From Balanoglossus misakiensis (Eukaryota; Animalia; Hemichordata), in NCBI GenBank assembly GCA_040954595.2, contig CM082594.2:5813319-5877318 (forward strand): 64,000 bases of DNA. The letters run 5' to 3'. Positions 51,001-64,000 of the stretch are shown here, piece after piece (the stretch's first letter is position 1; each line of letters begins with the position of its first letter). The position numbers and the translations under genes are program-made. Below the pieces are notes generated by a model. The model saw only the letters and a list, made by a program, of their open reading frames with translations. It did no database searches and was not told the DNA's origin.

Positions 51001-54000
51001 GTCCTGCAATATACATTCCTGGATGAAATATTTCCACTCCGCCAAAATTCCATAAAAAGTCCATTATCGTTTGTCAACCTGGAAAACAGACGGAAAACGC
51101 AGACCTTACAATAATGGTACAACATTCGGCATCCATACGTTCGAACATAAAGTCAACGTCTGCTTCTGTGTGGACGGACTAATAAAGGTGTTACACGGAG
51201 TGGATTTAATTGAGAAAGTATAATGGCCCATTACAATGCATCCGATGTGTACCATTAAGTGTCGAACATAAAGTGTGAACGGGCACTCAGCGGATGACAC
51301 TTAGAGAGAGACAGCATTTACTGTCACTGTTTTGAATGCAGTGATGGTTCGCGAGTGACTTCGAGTATGAAATCAGTCGTTCATCCATCCGGCATTTTCG
51401 CGATTATACTCCCAAGGAGACATCCGATACATGCAGAGGCGGATGTACGCTCACATAGAGACTGCGTAACGAGTTACAGTACCAGCAATGAACTGTGAAG
51501 ACTGTATGTGTGTGCGTCTCTTTTTGTATGTCACGAACATGTACTTTCTTCAGTCGACTGTTATGATGCTCTATGCGATTTCCGTGTTGCGACGGAAAAT
51601 ATTTGGATGTTATGCCTTGGAAAACGTTGGGGATTAACCCAATTTTGATGAATAATAATCCTAGCACCGATCGGTCTGTTTGAAGGGAATATTAAGGTAT
51701 TCATACGGGTTCGTGTTTCTGTACAATAAAGGTAATGTCGCGCTTATAGGCCTACACAGCTGCGATGTCTCATGATATTATAATTTAGAGCATGGGAATT
51801 AAGTAGGGCGCACTACAAAAGGCAGTAAGATTAAACAAAATAGACCTAATAAATCTATTCAGTTCTGTGATGCCCCAATGTGTTGCGGAAAGACCTTATT
51901 ATTGTCATAGTATCATACATGTGATGTTTTACGACTCCATTTTACAAATGGCCGCCTGTACGAGCGTATTTGCATGTACGTCACTGGACGTCACCTGTAT
52001 TTTATTGCGCATGCGCGCAGTAGGAGAATCGTTTGAAGTAACACACCGCAAGAGTTAAGGACTTCTTTTGCATTGGTGTAAATTTCAAACGAGCGCAACA
52101 TCCCATAACGTAGATTACCATATGTATAATTAACAGTTTGTCATTAGAGATTTGAAATATTAACCGCGCGCATCGATAGATAATGGTTCAGTTTAGGGGC
52201 ATGGCGGAGATTGACTTCAGATTTTCAAGCTTCGCCTTCTTTCCAAGCTTCAATTTTCCCAGATTGCTAGGTGAGATCCCGTGGGCTTGTTCTTTGGTCG
52301 CTCATTTCCGAGAGCATTGTGGGAAGTTATGTCATACGACATGAGGGGATGTGTTGTGCTTGTGCGCATTGCGAAATGCCACAGCTTCCCCTCCCACGTC
52401 GACGAGGCGCCCCAAGCATGACAAGGAGGAGGGAAGACAAGAAAGCAGTGACTGGTTTCATGGAGGTCTCCTCCCTATCATTCTCCTAATCTCCAGGAAA
52501 TAGCATTTCAGGTGGAATGGGTTTCCCCTGATTAAGTGGCGTATAGCCGCGCGCTCTTCATGGACGTTGCATGTCATCAAGTTGTGGCCTCCATCCACAA
52601 TGCATTGGATACGGTCTGGCGGTCCTTTTCAGCGGTGCAATATCACACCGAATGAAAAATTGATACCGTTGGCTGATGAGTTTTGTAGATCTAGGCTATG
52701 TCGCAAGTGAAGTCTCATCCTTTGACGCCGAGACCTCCCTGTAAAACGACACATGCGTGTCTATATAGTCGCTCTCTCTTTTTTAGCGGTAGGCATATAA
52801 TAAAATACTTCATCTGTCGACAGCTGAGTGAGCCCAGATTCGAGTGTACATTCAACGCCCCCGTGTTAAGATTAGACGAGGAAGTTATGAAATCCTATAG
52901 ACATGAAGCTTTCCCCTTTACAAACAGAATAAATGTATATCAAATTATGCCAAAATGACACCGCTACAACATTTTACCCGTAGAAAAACAAACATTCCGC
53001 TCACGCCATGTTGTTCGATCTCTGTACATTTGCGTATTTAATAACGTTAATGCGACCCCAGGGTCGGACGTTTAAGACATCTTACCTGAATCTGTGCATT
53101 CGAAATTATAGTAAAATCAGAGAACGAGATGAAAATTGTTTAATGTTTCCTGGTGCCGACATATAAGTGCGTCCCCAGATTGAGATACGACGTATTAAAA
53201 CGCGGAGCTCATGTAGCCTCCAAATGATGTAAGAGATGTTATCGTTCTATTAAAGGGCACAAATGAGTGTTCTGTCTCTTTGATGTTGTCGATCTCTGTT
53301 GGTCGGAATTGCTGAAAATGAGCTTCATCTCCGTCTAATGCGAAACTGATACAGGGTTAATCGCGCGGTGATGATTCAGAGCAATTGCCATAAATACAAT
53401 CCACGACTCCATGATGGAATAACGCGGTTAAATACATTGCGAATATCAGGATTGTTACTGCAAAGTGGGCTCTGTATGGAGTTAATGGAAAACAACTTTT
53501 TGCAATAATAGTTTACCGCAACGACCCATACTGAATAAAAAGGATGTAAAACCTGTGTTATGTTAGGTACATATAGGGCGATTGATGTACAGCGGCACGA
53601 TAACATGCTGAAGGTTGGAAGTTATTGCTGGACTGGAATCCGAGAGCTTTAGCCGGCTAAATGTATTAAAATATAAAATACTATATTTGGAGCCGCATTA
53701 AAACTCCCCGATATGTATTTGGAATAATTGGACCAATCCCCTGAAATGATGGGCGTTAGTCGAAGCAAAACACACGTAGTTATGAGGTTTAGTCATGTCT
53801 AAGTGTAGTTGTAGTGGGTGATGAAACGGCGCGGCAGTACAGTATTTCACAGCACACGTTTAACTGTATATTTGTTCATCATAACGTATACATGTACAGC
53901 ATTAGTATATTGCATATTCTGGGAGCGACGGGAATTTCCGCTATCTAAGGAAATTAATGGGAAAGATAGGTGCGCACCAAGCGTGATGTACAACTTTAAT

Positions 54001-54210
54001 TCCACATCGATAATATCATTTCAGTGTTTCATACTGGAGGAAAGTAAAGGTCACTGAAAGGTCAGAGAAATGTCTTTAACAGCTGTTGACGTTCTCTTTG
54101 ATGTTGGGTATGAGATGTTACGAAGCAAACAGACAGACTAATAACGCGAAACACAAGGCCGACGCGATCTTTTCAGATATCGATTCTTTAAAATTGCGTT
54201 TAAGTGAATA

Positions 54211-54326
54211 TACATACATACATACATACATACATACATACATACATACATACATACATACATACATACATACATACATACATACATGCATGCATGCATG
54301 CATGCATGCATGCATGCATGCATGCA

Positions 54327-54360
<34 letters not shown>

Positions 54361-54499
54361 CATACTCCCAGAATATGCTATATACATACATACATACATA
54401 CATACATACATACATACATGTACATACATACATACATGTACATACATACATACATACATACATACATACATACATACATACATACATACATACATACAT
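54211..54499. repeat. (CATA)n microsatellite with a nested (CATG)n core
   Basis: Direct inspection; about 10 CATG units at 54285-54324. Confidence 0.98.
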
Positions 54500-57400
54500 T
54501 GCAGTTTAAGACACTGCTCTGTGTGTGCATTTAGTGGCAGTTTTGAAACGTGACATGTTGTACCGTGAGATTTTGGGCACTATAATTTTTTCTGAAAATC
54601 TGTCCCCGAGGCACGCATGTAAGCTTACTTCAAGGAACTCCAAAGAGTTATCCCTTTTCTATTTCAATTTCTGAAATGAGATGTGGTTGCCTTGACATTT
54701 TATTTTGCTTGCATTGAATAGTTTAGCTCTCTGACTAGCTTGACGTTATTTAACTTGACACGTGAAAGTAATACGAGGAGGATATATGGAAAGGATCCGC
54801 GATGCATTTAAAAGGGAAACATTGTCATGGGGATGATGATGAGAGATTCTACTTGAAGGCGAGTGTAATTGTGACATCGGATGAGCTAAGAAAGAAGAAT
54901 TGGTGTATTCAGTGTGTGTAGGCTTTGTTAAGATTCCTCCCTATCATCCAAAAAGACAGGCCATGGTATGATGGATGTTCCCTTGTGAGACACGCAGGGG
55001 GGGGGGGCCCTCAGCACCGATACTCACACACGTCCATGTGCATATAAACCAGCGACGGCAAATATATTCGGCAAGTGTTTCGTTTCGCCCGCCGCACCAT
55101 GTGCGCGCGCCGCCGCCTCCATCTCCCCGGGAATAAACACGCGACAAAAATGAATGCACGTTTTGGCCTTTGATCTCTATTAAAAACGGCTCGATCGATA
55201 TCACTGATCCTGCGGTTGACAAAAGACCCACTCGAGACGAGCGAATGTTTCTGTACCGCATATTGAAATAGAATAAACGATATCGGACGTAGAGTATGCG
55301 AGTTAAGACTGAACGCTCTTTAGAAGATTTTCAACGCTGGTATCATGAAACATTTACGAGAGTGTTTGGGTGTGGGCTAATGACTTCAAAGTAAGTCTGA
55401 TTGTCTCTCCGCGCTTTCTGAGGTATCGTAAGAAAATCACAGGAATATGGAATTTTGACCTGTATTTCCAAAATACGCTGACTGCATGTACTTTCAGTTT
55501 TACAATAGAAAATCTTTCAATCATACACTCATATAAATCCATGAATGGTGCATTCAATATATCTAAGCAAAAGTCAATATAGTTTATATTTGACATAATC
55601 GTTTCCTCAATGGTTACTATGCGTTCGTATGCAGGGGCACGAAGAACAACTTGCAGTAAGATGCCTTTTAACTCACTAAGTAACAGATAAACTTTTCCGG
55701 AAGTGAGGTTTAAAGAATGTACGTGATTTATACACAGAAACGTGACCAACGTTCAGGATGCCTGTTCCTCTTGAGTCAGACTGTGAAAACCGAGTAACGA
55801 GACATACCCGGCGATAAACTCGTCTGCTCCAGAAACTAAAACTCCAAAAACAACACATCCAAACTTTTAAAGTCACTGAATAAGCGCTAGTCTTCCAAAT
55901 GAATAGATGTCAAATCTAGGTTGGGAGGGCTGGGTGCCCGGGGAGCGAATGTTAAACGTGTTATACCCATATATGAGGAATATGTCATTACGAGGCAGCA
56001 GTCTTCCTTGCCCCGGGCGTATTGTCTCTATATAGACGTATTACTGGGGAAACTAAGGAGCAGACGTCGACCTCATTAGCCATCTCAATCGCCCCGGCAT
56101 GAACCAGGAAACGCGGAAAGCACTAAACTGGCTGATTGTTACCCCTGGTAACAGGAGAGGGGGGGCGTAATTGGGTTAGTCTTGGGGGAAGGCCCCGGAG
56201 TGAAATTGGCGTGATTTTGGTCGAGCGGAAACATGAAAGAGTTGAAGAAATATAGAATCTTCCGGAATCGGTGGAGTGGATTAAAGTTAGACGTATAGTA
56301 TGACCTTTTGCAGGCACGGCGGAGATGTTTGTCGGTGCGCCAAGGAAAGGGTGGGGGGGGGGGGTGCCAACGTTATACCGAGTGTCGGTGACATTGCTCG
56401 CTGTGGTTTCAATCAGTGCTGGAGATGCCATCGACCGATTGCCGGCTTCCGCTAATCACAACCACAGCACGTGAAACCCTCAGCAGGGGAATAAATGTCA
56501 CAAGTCTGATCATCTGACAAGATGAGAGCTTTACAAGAAGAAAAAAAAAGGGTGGGTGCGGTGCTGAAGAAATCGAACGCTAAGAGTGTGTGATGTTCTT
56601 ATCTCTATTGACGTTTATGTGCTTGTGAGTTGGCATCTTTTCTGGGCCGTGTCGGAATCAACCGAGACTTTTCTCGAGCTGTACTTGCATAAAAGCCACA
56701 CGTGCGTATATATTTCATACGCGTGATCGTCTACCACATAATGATCTCAGTACATTTCACAGTCGTAATTTTCAGAAGACTCGCAGAATCTTTAACTTTA
56801 ACACGTGAAACCTTCAAGCAACTTGAGGCTAGCGCCTATAGTCGCGTGCTATGTATGGTACATGTGCGCATAAAACCATCAAAAGACCTTTTCACGATGC
56901 AGCGATGTGAAAAGGCACAATGAATCCGTCGGCCGTGCCTTTGATCTCGTCCTTTGCTAATTCACTGAGAAAATGGCGCAAAGAAATGAAACACCAATAT
57001 ACTGATAGTTCTGAGAACGAGAACAGTGGTTGTTATGATTTCGCATGCCATTCAGAAAAACTGTCTTTACGACAACGAGTGGCACACACAAGTTTACTGA
57101 TTAAAAATTCCTCCTATTTGACGGCATTTAATAAAATAAATCAAATTAATTGAGAATGAAATCTTGTAACATAGTAAATAAGCAGTAGTTTGATTTATTC
57201 TATGACAGTAAACATCATTTTCTGGGAAATAGTTTTTATTGATTTTTAGCACACGATATGCAAACCTACGGTGGTATTCAAACTTACGCAATCCAAGAAA
57301 AATAGCATGGCCCTAACCTCTTGAACAATAAGTAGATCATAATGTATAGTAATTCGCGAAAAGATTGGTTTCATTCTTAATATATTAAACGTGTAGTCCA

Positions 57401-60400
57401 ACTTTGCACAAAAGAAATATTTACTCGTATTCTCTCAGAGATGATCTTGTCTAGAAATGCACATATTAAGTATTATATTAGCAGCAGTAAAAGTTCTTCG
57501 TTAAACCACTGTTCGAATGTACAGAAACTTTTCCTGTACTTCTTTCATTTGCTCAAAACTTTATGTTACGCTTACCTAGCACGTCACGCAGTATTACTTC
57601 TCTGTGATCACATGTTTTTTCATCACGCCTGCAATAGCACCGAAACATGTTATTATGGTTTATTGGTGTCGCTAGCTTAGGCACAGGTCAGGCGGAGTGA
57701 TTGAAACGTACACGAGCCTTCGGAAGTGTATTGTACGCAACGCTCTTGCAAAGTCCGCGTGTTTATTTGAGCGGAATGTCTGCGGGGGGAGAGAAAAATA
57801 GTATCCCTTATCACAGATGTCAAAATTCCTGTATTAAAAGATACATTCTGGAGAGCGTGGCTGAGCTTATTATTTCTTGCGTTACCCGGAGGGAAATAAT
57901 CCATTAGGGCTAACGAACGGCATGAAATTGACAACACCATAATAAAAAGGGAACCATATATTCAACCAAGTTGGGCAAGCATATGACTGTATCGCGTTAA
58001 TAGGGCGCGCGTCGTGAATGGGGCTTCTGTCCACGAAAACGCCAGCGCACTGTACAAGCGCAGTATGTATTACATGTATATGTGTGCTTCTGGTATGACG
58101 TCACCAGGGCATTGGATGGATCCGACATTCCCTCGTAAGAGAAATGCCTCTGAACTCCTAATTGGTTTCTGAAGTGGCCATTACGGACGGGGGAGAAAGT
58201 GGCGATGTGTGAAAGCAGATAAGCGAAGCCAGGAAGGACGGGGGGCTCATCGAGAGACATTTTTTGCTTCTTCAATAACGTACAAATTAGACCCCTAAGT
58301 AATTACCACTGCTTCGGTGTGGCGGGATGCGCTCGCATTATCCCGTGGCAAAGAGAAGTCTCCTTTGTGGAAGCCCTGTGAATGTGACTGTACGAAGATG
58401 TCGTGAACTGAGAGATCACGTCTCTGTATACCCATCAAAATTATCCGATGTATACGTATTCTCCAGAACGCGATATGACTCACTCCTATTCACCATGTCG
58501 TAGTTGATACGCTTCTTTAAGAAACCAGCACCCTTCATATATGTGGCATGCACCGCGTTAATTATGGTCCAATTTAACCAGGTTAATATTTAGACATGCC
58601 GCAATCAACGCGTGACGATTTGACGCCAGGCTGTGTACATTGTATTTTATTCTCATTCACCGACCTCAAGTAGACATAGATTTCCACCTTCATTTCGCAC
58701 ATTAAAAGGATTGGCGTGACATTCACCCCCTTAGCACAGCTATATAAATGACTACCCTGTGATATTCATCCGTTTGTCACAAACACGCCTAGAATTCACA
58801 AATCTCTATTCCGAGTATTCAGCAAATCTATTTTGAAAAAAAAATACACACGAAAAGTTTGAAGAGTGACTGAATCTACCCGGTACAGCACGTATTTATT
58901 TCACATTTCGTTTCATTTCATTTCAGAAGAAACGAATCAGTTTGTTCAAGGTATACGAATACGATACAGTGGCCTCCACCGCCGCTTTTGACAAATCTTA
59001 TTGTACAGTTATAAAAATTAGCCTAATCCGGACATTTTCAAAGAGCCTTAACGATCACAAGAGATCAAATCATCCCTGGGTCAAAACGACGTGTACCAGG
59101 AGGATGCTAATCCTATTGGACAGACAAAGGGAAGACACAAATACCATTGGTACGATCTGTCAGGCTGTATTCTTTGACATGACAGAGAATGTCTGAAACT
59201 GTAGCAATCCCAACGGGAAATTAATACGTTACGGCGGGAATTACTCGTCAGTTCAATGTTCCGTTGCAATATCAAAGGCACCGATGTAACGATAATGTTA
59301 TTCTCCTTACAGTGGTATTATCGTATGTGAAAAGATGCGGTTTTGTTGAATTGATTTATTGAAATGGATGGCCGTATGACAGAGCTTCGCGACCTCTATG
59401 TGCCGTACAGAAAGTTGTTTTCACTGGTGATGTGGTGTGGCTTTGTTTCGACGAGCGCAGTGAGAGAAAAGTAGTACCGTGCGGCAGAATACTCCACTCG
59501 TGTAAAATAAGTACTTGATTGCACAGATTGTGCGCGGATGTATATACTAGTACACGTAATGGACTTCTGTTATTAAGACAGCATGTTCCGTCAGATTTGA
59601 CGAAAATCAAAGTCGATTGTGGAGTAGTGATTTTGAGTAAAGTGACGCGGCAGTGATGACCCTGGACGAACTGACGAGACAATCCACCGCGACCAATCAG
59701 CGTCGAGTCTCGCAGTTGCGAATTCTAGAGAGCTCTGATGATGAAAGCGAGTAATTTTTGTAACTTTCTAAGTTTCAAAATATACCGACAGCTCTTATCT
59801 ATATAATATTGTATTATTCTGAGGAGCGATGATTGGGAAGGATAATATAATAACGCGCTCAAATGTTCAATGATCATATTCTGTTGCACTTGTACCCACC
59901 ACAAATGTCAGAGGGCCTCGGAAGAGTACTATCAGAGTTTGCAAATGCATTTGCTGTAACATTAATCTTGGAGATACAAAAACTTCAAGTATCTTCAGAT
60001 TGTACGTATTGATTGAAAGGTAGCCGCCATTAACAGCATCTCGGCCAAAGTGCCCCGCGCCGCACTTACAGGTGACTTTGCCATGTTCAATAAATTAGGC
60101 ATATTTAGCGACTTGTTAATGGCACTTGGGCAAGTTTATTTTCAGGAGACAATGATTATTTTCTCTTGAGTGGACAGTTCAAGTCGTGATTTCTGGTGGA
60201 GTGGTTTCCTGTCTGGGGTGACGCGTAGTGTTTTTCTGTTGATGGATAAACGAAGACTTTGGTTGGCAATTTTTTAAGCGTGCAGTCATAATTGCAGACT
60301 TGACGACCCGTGAAGTAAATCCCACAAAATACATACATGCGCTGATTTGTGGGTAATTTGACAGCTGTGTGCCACGCAAGTTCATTGTTTTCGTTCAAAA

Positions 60401-63400
60401 GGCAATTTGCTCTTGACGTGTTTAATACTGTACCCAAGAATGTCCATATTATTTTGTGTTAGTAGAAATGAAGGAACTGTGCCTGAGTAACGTATGTTAT
60501 GAAAGAGATGTCAATTCACTCTGTAAATTCATAAATATTTGATGTCTACTTGCCAGGGATCAGGTGTTTGAAAATGTTACATATTGTTTGTACCCGGGAA
60601 GTATGCTCTCCAGAAACTGACTCTTTCCCCAGGAACACTCTGTAAAATGCTGAACTACTGACCGTCTGATAATTTCATTCTTTCATCTGGCAATCACGTG
60701 GGGCGTCATGAAAAATAAATAACAATCAGTGTGTTCATCTCGCAGAGGGCATATTGCGGCCATCTTGAATTTCAGTAAATACATGTATTTGACTGGTGTA
60801 GACGGTTGCGTGAACATTGAGCCGTTTTACCAACAGAGTGTCAGACTTTTTTTCATTTCGAGTCGAATAATACGTTGGTGTGTTTAACAGCGAACACCGT
60901 CCGTTTTGTTAGTCACGTCCGGTTCAACCACCAATGGAAACAAACGTGCAATACACTTTATAGATGAAAGAAACACCAGAGATTGGGAAGTTGAGCAGGT
61001 CTACTTGCTTTTCTAATCACGTTTTCATTGCGAAAACTCGCAGAAGTGACACACTTTTCAATTATTTCTCGAGTACCCGGTTGCCGTTTTCGAAATAATT
61101 AGAGAGGAGATTTCTATCGTTTTCTGGCTACGACAGGAGGAAGATTAAACGATTGGCGCGATAAGTCGCTTCGCGCGCGCGAGCTTGCATGTGAGTTGAA
61201 GGTGGACGCACCTCACTTCAGACTTCAGAAGCCGCCGAGTCAGCTGTATTTGGATGTTCAGTACACAGCAAATGTAAATTTAAAGGTGGAATTTTTAACT
61301 CGGAGATTTTTAAAAGGTTGAGTGGCCGACTAGTGCAGAAACACGCTGTCAGGGAGTACTAAGGCAAGAAACTACCTAATGGTCTGTAGATCCTTGCGCC
61401 TCGGGGTAACATTTATTTCCAGAGTTTGGGACTTCAAGTCAGAGACTTAACTCAAAGCCCAAACATCTTTATACCGACTTAACTTCCTCATGTAGCTGCC
61501 AGGTCTGCCATGCAGGTTCAAGGGCACGTGCGACGGAAATTATAATTGACCTACAAAACAAAATATATTAAGTAAGTTGCATTTCTACCGAATTTGCCTT
61601 GCGGGTGGCGGCACGCACACGTTCAAATTAAAATTCGAATGGTCGAACAAGAGACGGGCAATCTAGTGTTCGCTTTCCCCCTAGTTACCGCCAGTGATTG
61701 AGCGACTACTCGTTGTAAATGCGGCGTGAGGGCTTTCTGAGGGTTCACCGTGGATTGAAACAAGGAATCCGATAAATGTGATACCTTTCCCGGAGAGGTA
61801 AAAGAATCCCGCCCGGCCGTATCCAGTTGCTTAATTAAGTTGTCTGGTTTCTTTACATCAGATATATCTATCACATCACAAACAGTGTGCGTCGAGGATC
61901 ATGACATCGTTATCAGCTTCATCCCTTCCCCGGTGCATCGAATGTATTTATAGCCATTGCGGTGACTGTACCTATAATACCCCTACCCTTTCCCCCTCAA
62001 AACTTTCAATTCTTGGTCGTCTTACAGTAAGAACTGACCCGTTCTTAAAATTAAAACATCAGTGTGGCAAATTCTAAGATTAATAGCGCGTGAAATATGA
62101 GTATAAATGGGCAATTTACTGGCGTAGTCAGCATGATGTGAATTTTTTTCAATTTCTGTGTAATTTGCGAATGATTTCTCTTTATTTCAACAACGCCGAC
62201 CTTTGACCTACCGCTTTAGATTCATCATGGCTAATGCCTGGTTTATTCAGTGTTGCATCATTAGTCCGGTAATCTTGGACCGCCATACGATATTTTATTG
62301 TGCTGCTTGTTGGGCTCAGTTAAATGTCACATAACGGGAGAATTCCTTGCGGTGGCGTATGTACATGTGTCCAGTGTAGACAACAGTTAATTCTCATGCA
62401 AAAGTCTAGAGACATCGGGAACGGAATTTCGACCCTTCATTCTATCCACTCAAGTGCAGTCTCAAGACTCGAATAGAGTCAGAGATGCTTTGAAAAGAAA
62501 GTAAAAAGCCGCAATTATGGTCTTAATCGTTCCATGCTCCAGACAATCAACAACATGTCTTTTCTGCCCAGGATTTATGCCTTGCTTGGCGGTCATGTGC
62601 GGTTTCAATCATGCGTTTTAGTAAATTCCGAAGGTAACTTTATTTTCCAATCTTGAAAATTTGGATGGTTGCCCCCGATGCTTCTTCCTGGCTTTAAGGA
62701 GAATCGTTTCCTCGCGTTTCCTGGAATTTTAAAGCCACGCCGCCAGACACAGCTTGTGTTGGAGCCGTCGGCGCTTCGAGCCATGCCACCGATCTTCTTC
62801 GGGGAACATACTCTTCTAGGCGGCGAGAGGAGATGATGAAGACAAGTTTTCTGATCAGACCACGCGTCGCCAAGTGGTACCATCGACACACACTTTTCAT
62901 GCATGGCAAACCTACTAAGAGCTACAGGTTCAGCTCAACCCCGTTTCATCAAACCCTTACCCACTCACTCGCTTGCACTCAGACCGCGCACGCTTGTGAG
63001 TAAACTATACACAGATAGCTTCTATCTCACCGTTGTTGCTTTTTTCGGTTTCTCGTCATCTGAAGATCTTATCGGATTCCGTGTCTGAAATAAAGACACC
63101 GATTGCGATCTGTGACAGTGGTATATTCATTACGTTATAGTTAGCATTGGTTCATTTTCAATTACGGGGAGTGTCATCCAGGTCTCAGGTCGATGTTTTC
63201 GTAAGGCTATTTTAGTCAAGATGGTTTGACTTTCACAGCATTCTGTTTGTATTAGGTGACTCACCAACTTGTCGAGATGGCTCACGGCGTAACATTATAA
63301 GTGATCCCTGTATGGTATTCCTTAACTCAGAGCGATCATACATCCCATAAAGACATCGATGGGTCATGAACACAAGACATAGAGAAGTTGTAATGTAGGG

Positions 63401-64000
63401 TTTGTTGGACGAAAAATGTTCGTTAGATTATTGCAAAAAATGATAGTGAAAGTTGTATATGCAAGAATCAGCATATTTTTGTGTGTCTTCTCCGGGTCCT
63501 TCAAAACATGTGGGCGTTGTATTATTGTGCATATTTCACCCAATTCACATGGCTCATATCAGCACAGATATTGGTTGTTTTCGGAGCAAAGCACGTACAC
63601 CCATGGCATTCAAAGTTATGAGAATACATCGATTTCAGTTCTGAGTAAAGTAATCCCAGTCATCGGTTAAAAGATAAGAAAGGGAGACAGTTGGACCCGT
63701 CAGAGGAATACTTCGGAGAAAGAGATAGATGCCAAATGGCACCCGAGCGATGAGTCTGACATCGATCCCCAGCATTTCTCCCCGGAACAGTTTTCCATCA
63801 CAAGAATATACTTAATACAGCTGTCACACCGCTGTGGACGATATGTGATATTTTTTTTTATTTAATCATATCAGCTTCATAATTACGATAAATGTCGTTG
63901 ATTTATGCCCGATTATTTTCACCGCTTGCGGGCACATCAAAAGACGCGGATAGTTCCAAATCGAAAGTAACGTTGTTAAATGCGTGCGTACGTAGAAGTT

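Noticed and set aside
62571-62909. Exon-like segment (cccag|...aag|gtaact) and nearby ORFs
   Set aside because: The frame compatible with a phase-1 join to exon B is closed by a stop, and there is no receptor homology.
1-64000. Prokaryotic systems (CRISPR arrays, operons, IS elements) and rRNA/tRNA genes
   Set aside because: The sequence is intron-containing animal DNA. The tandem repeats have no unique spacers, and no structural RNA genes were recognisable.

Overview
This is eukaryotic (animal) genomic DNA, about 40% GC by eye, with GT-AG introns, microsatellites and many miniature DNA transposons. The repeat style suggests a marine invertebrate deuterostome such as a hemichordate, but that is a weak inference. 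The window starts with the last five coding exons of a cytoplasmic aspartyl-tRNA synthetase (DARS1, + strand, stop at 2147), followed by about 3 kb packed with MITEs from three apparent superfamilies. The only other credible coding sequences are two paralogous, GC3-rich, signal-peptide-bearing exons on the + strand (5138-5939 and 31532-32213). Each encodes the N-terminal part of an ANF-receptor-type (Venus-flytrap) ectodomain like that of natriuretic peptide receptors / membrane guanylyl cyclases, and each ends at the homologous phase-1 GTAAG donor. I found no downstream receptor exons in the 25.6 kb between them or in the 31.8 kb after the second. The most interesting hypothesis is a tandem array of alternative variable first exons spliced to shared constant exons beyond the window (protocadherin/UGT1A-like architecture). 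A nested gene or an orphan exon remain possible. The long intron also carries clusters of RFX X-box-like and CACGTG E-box motifs.
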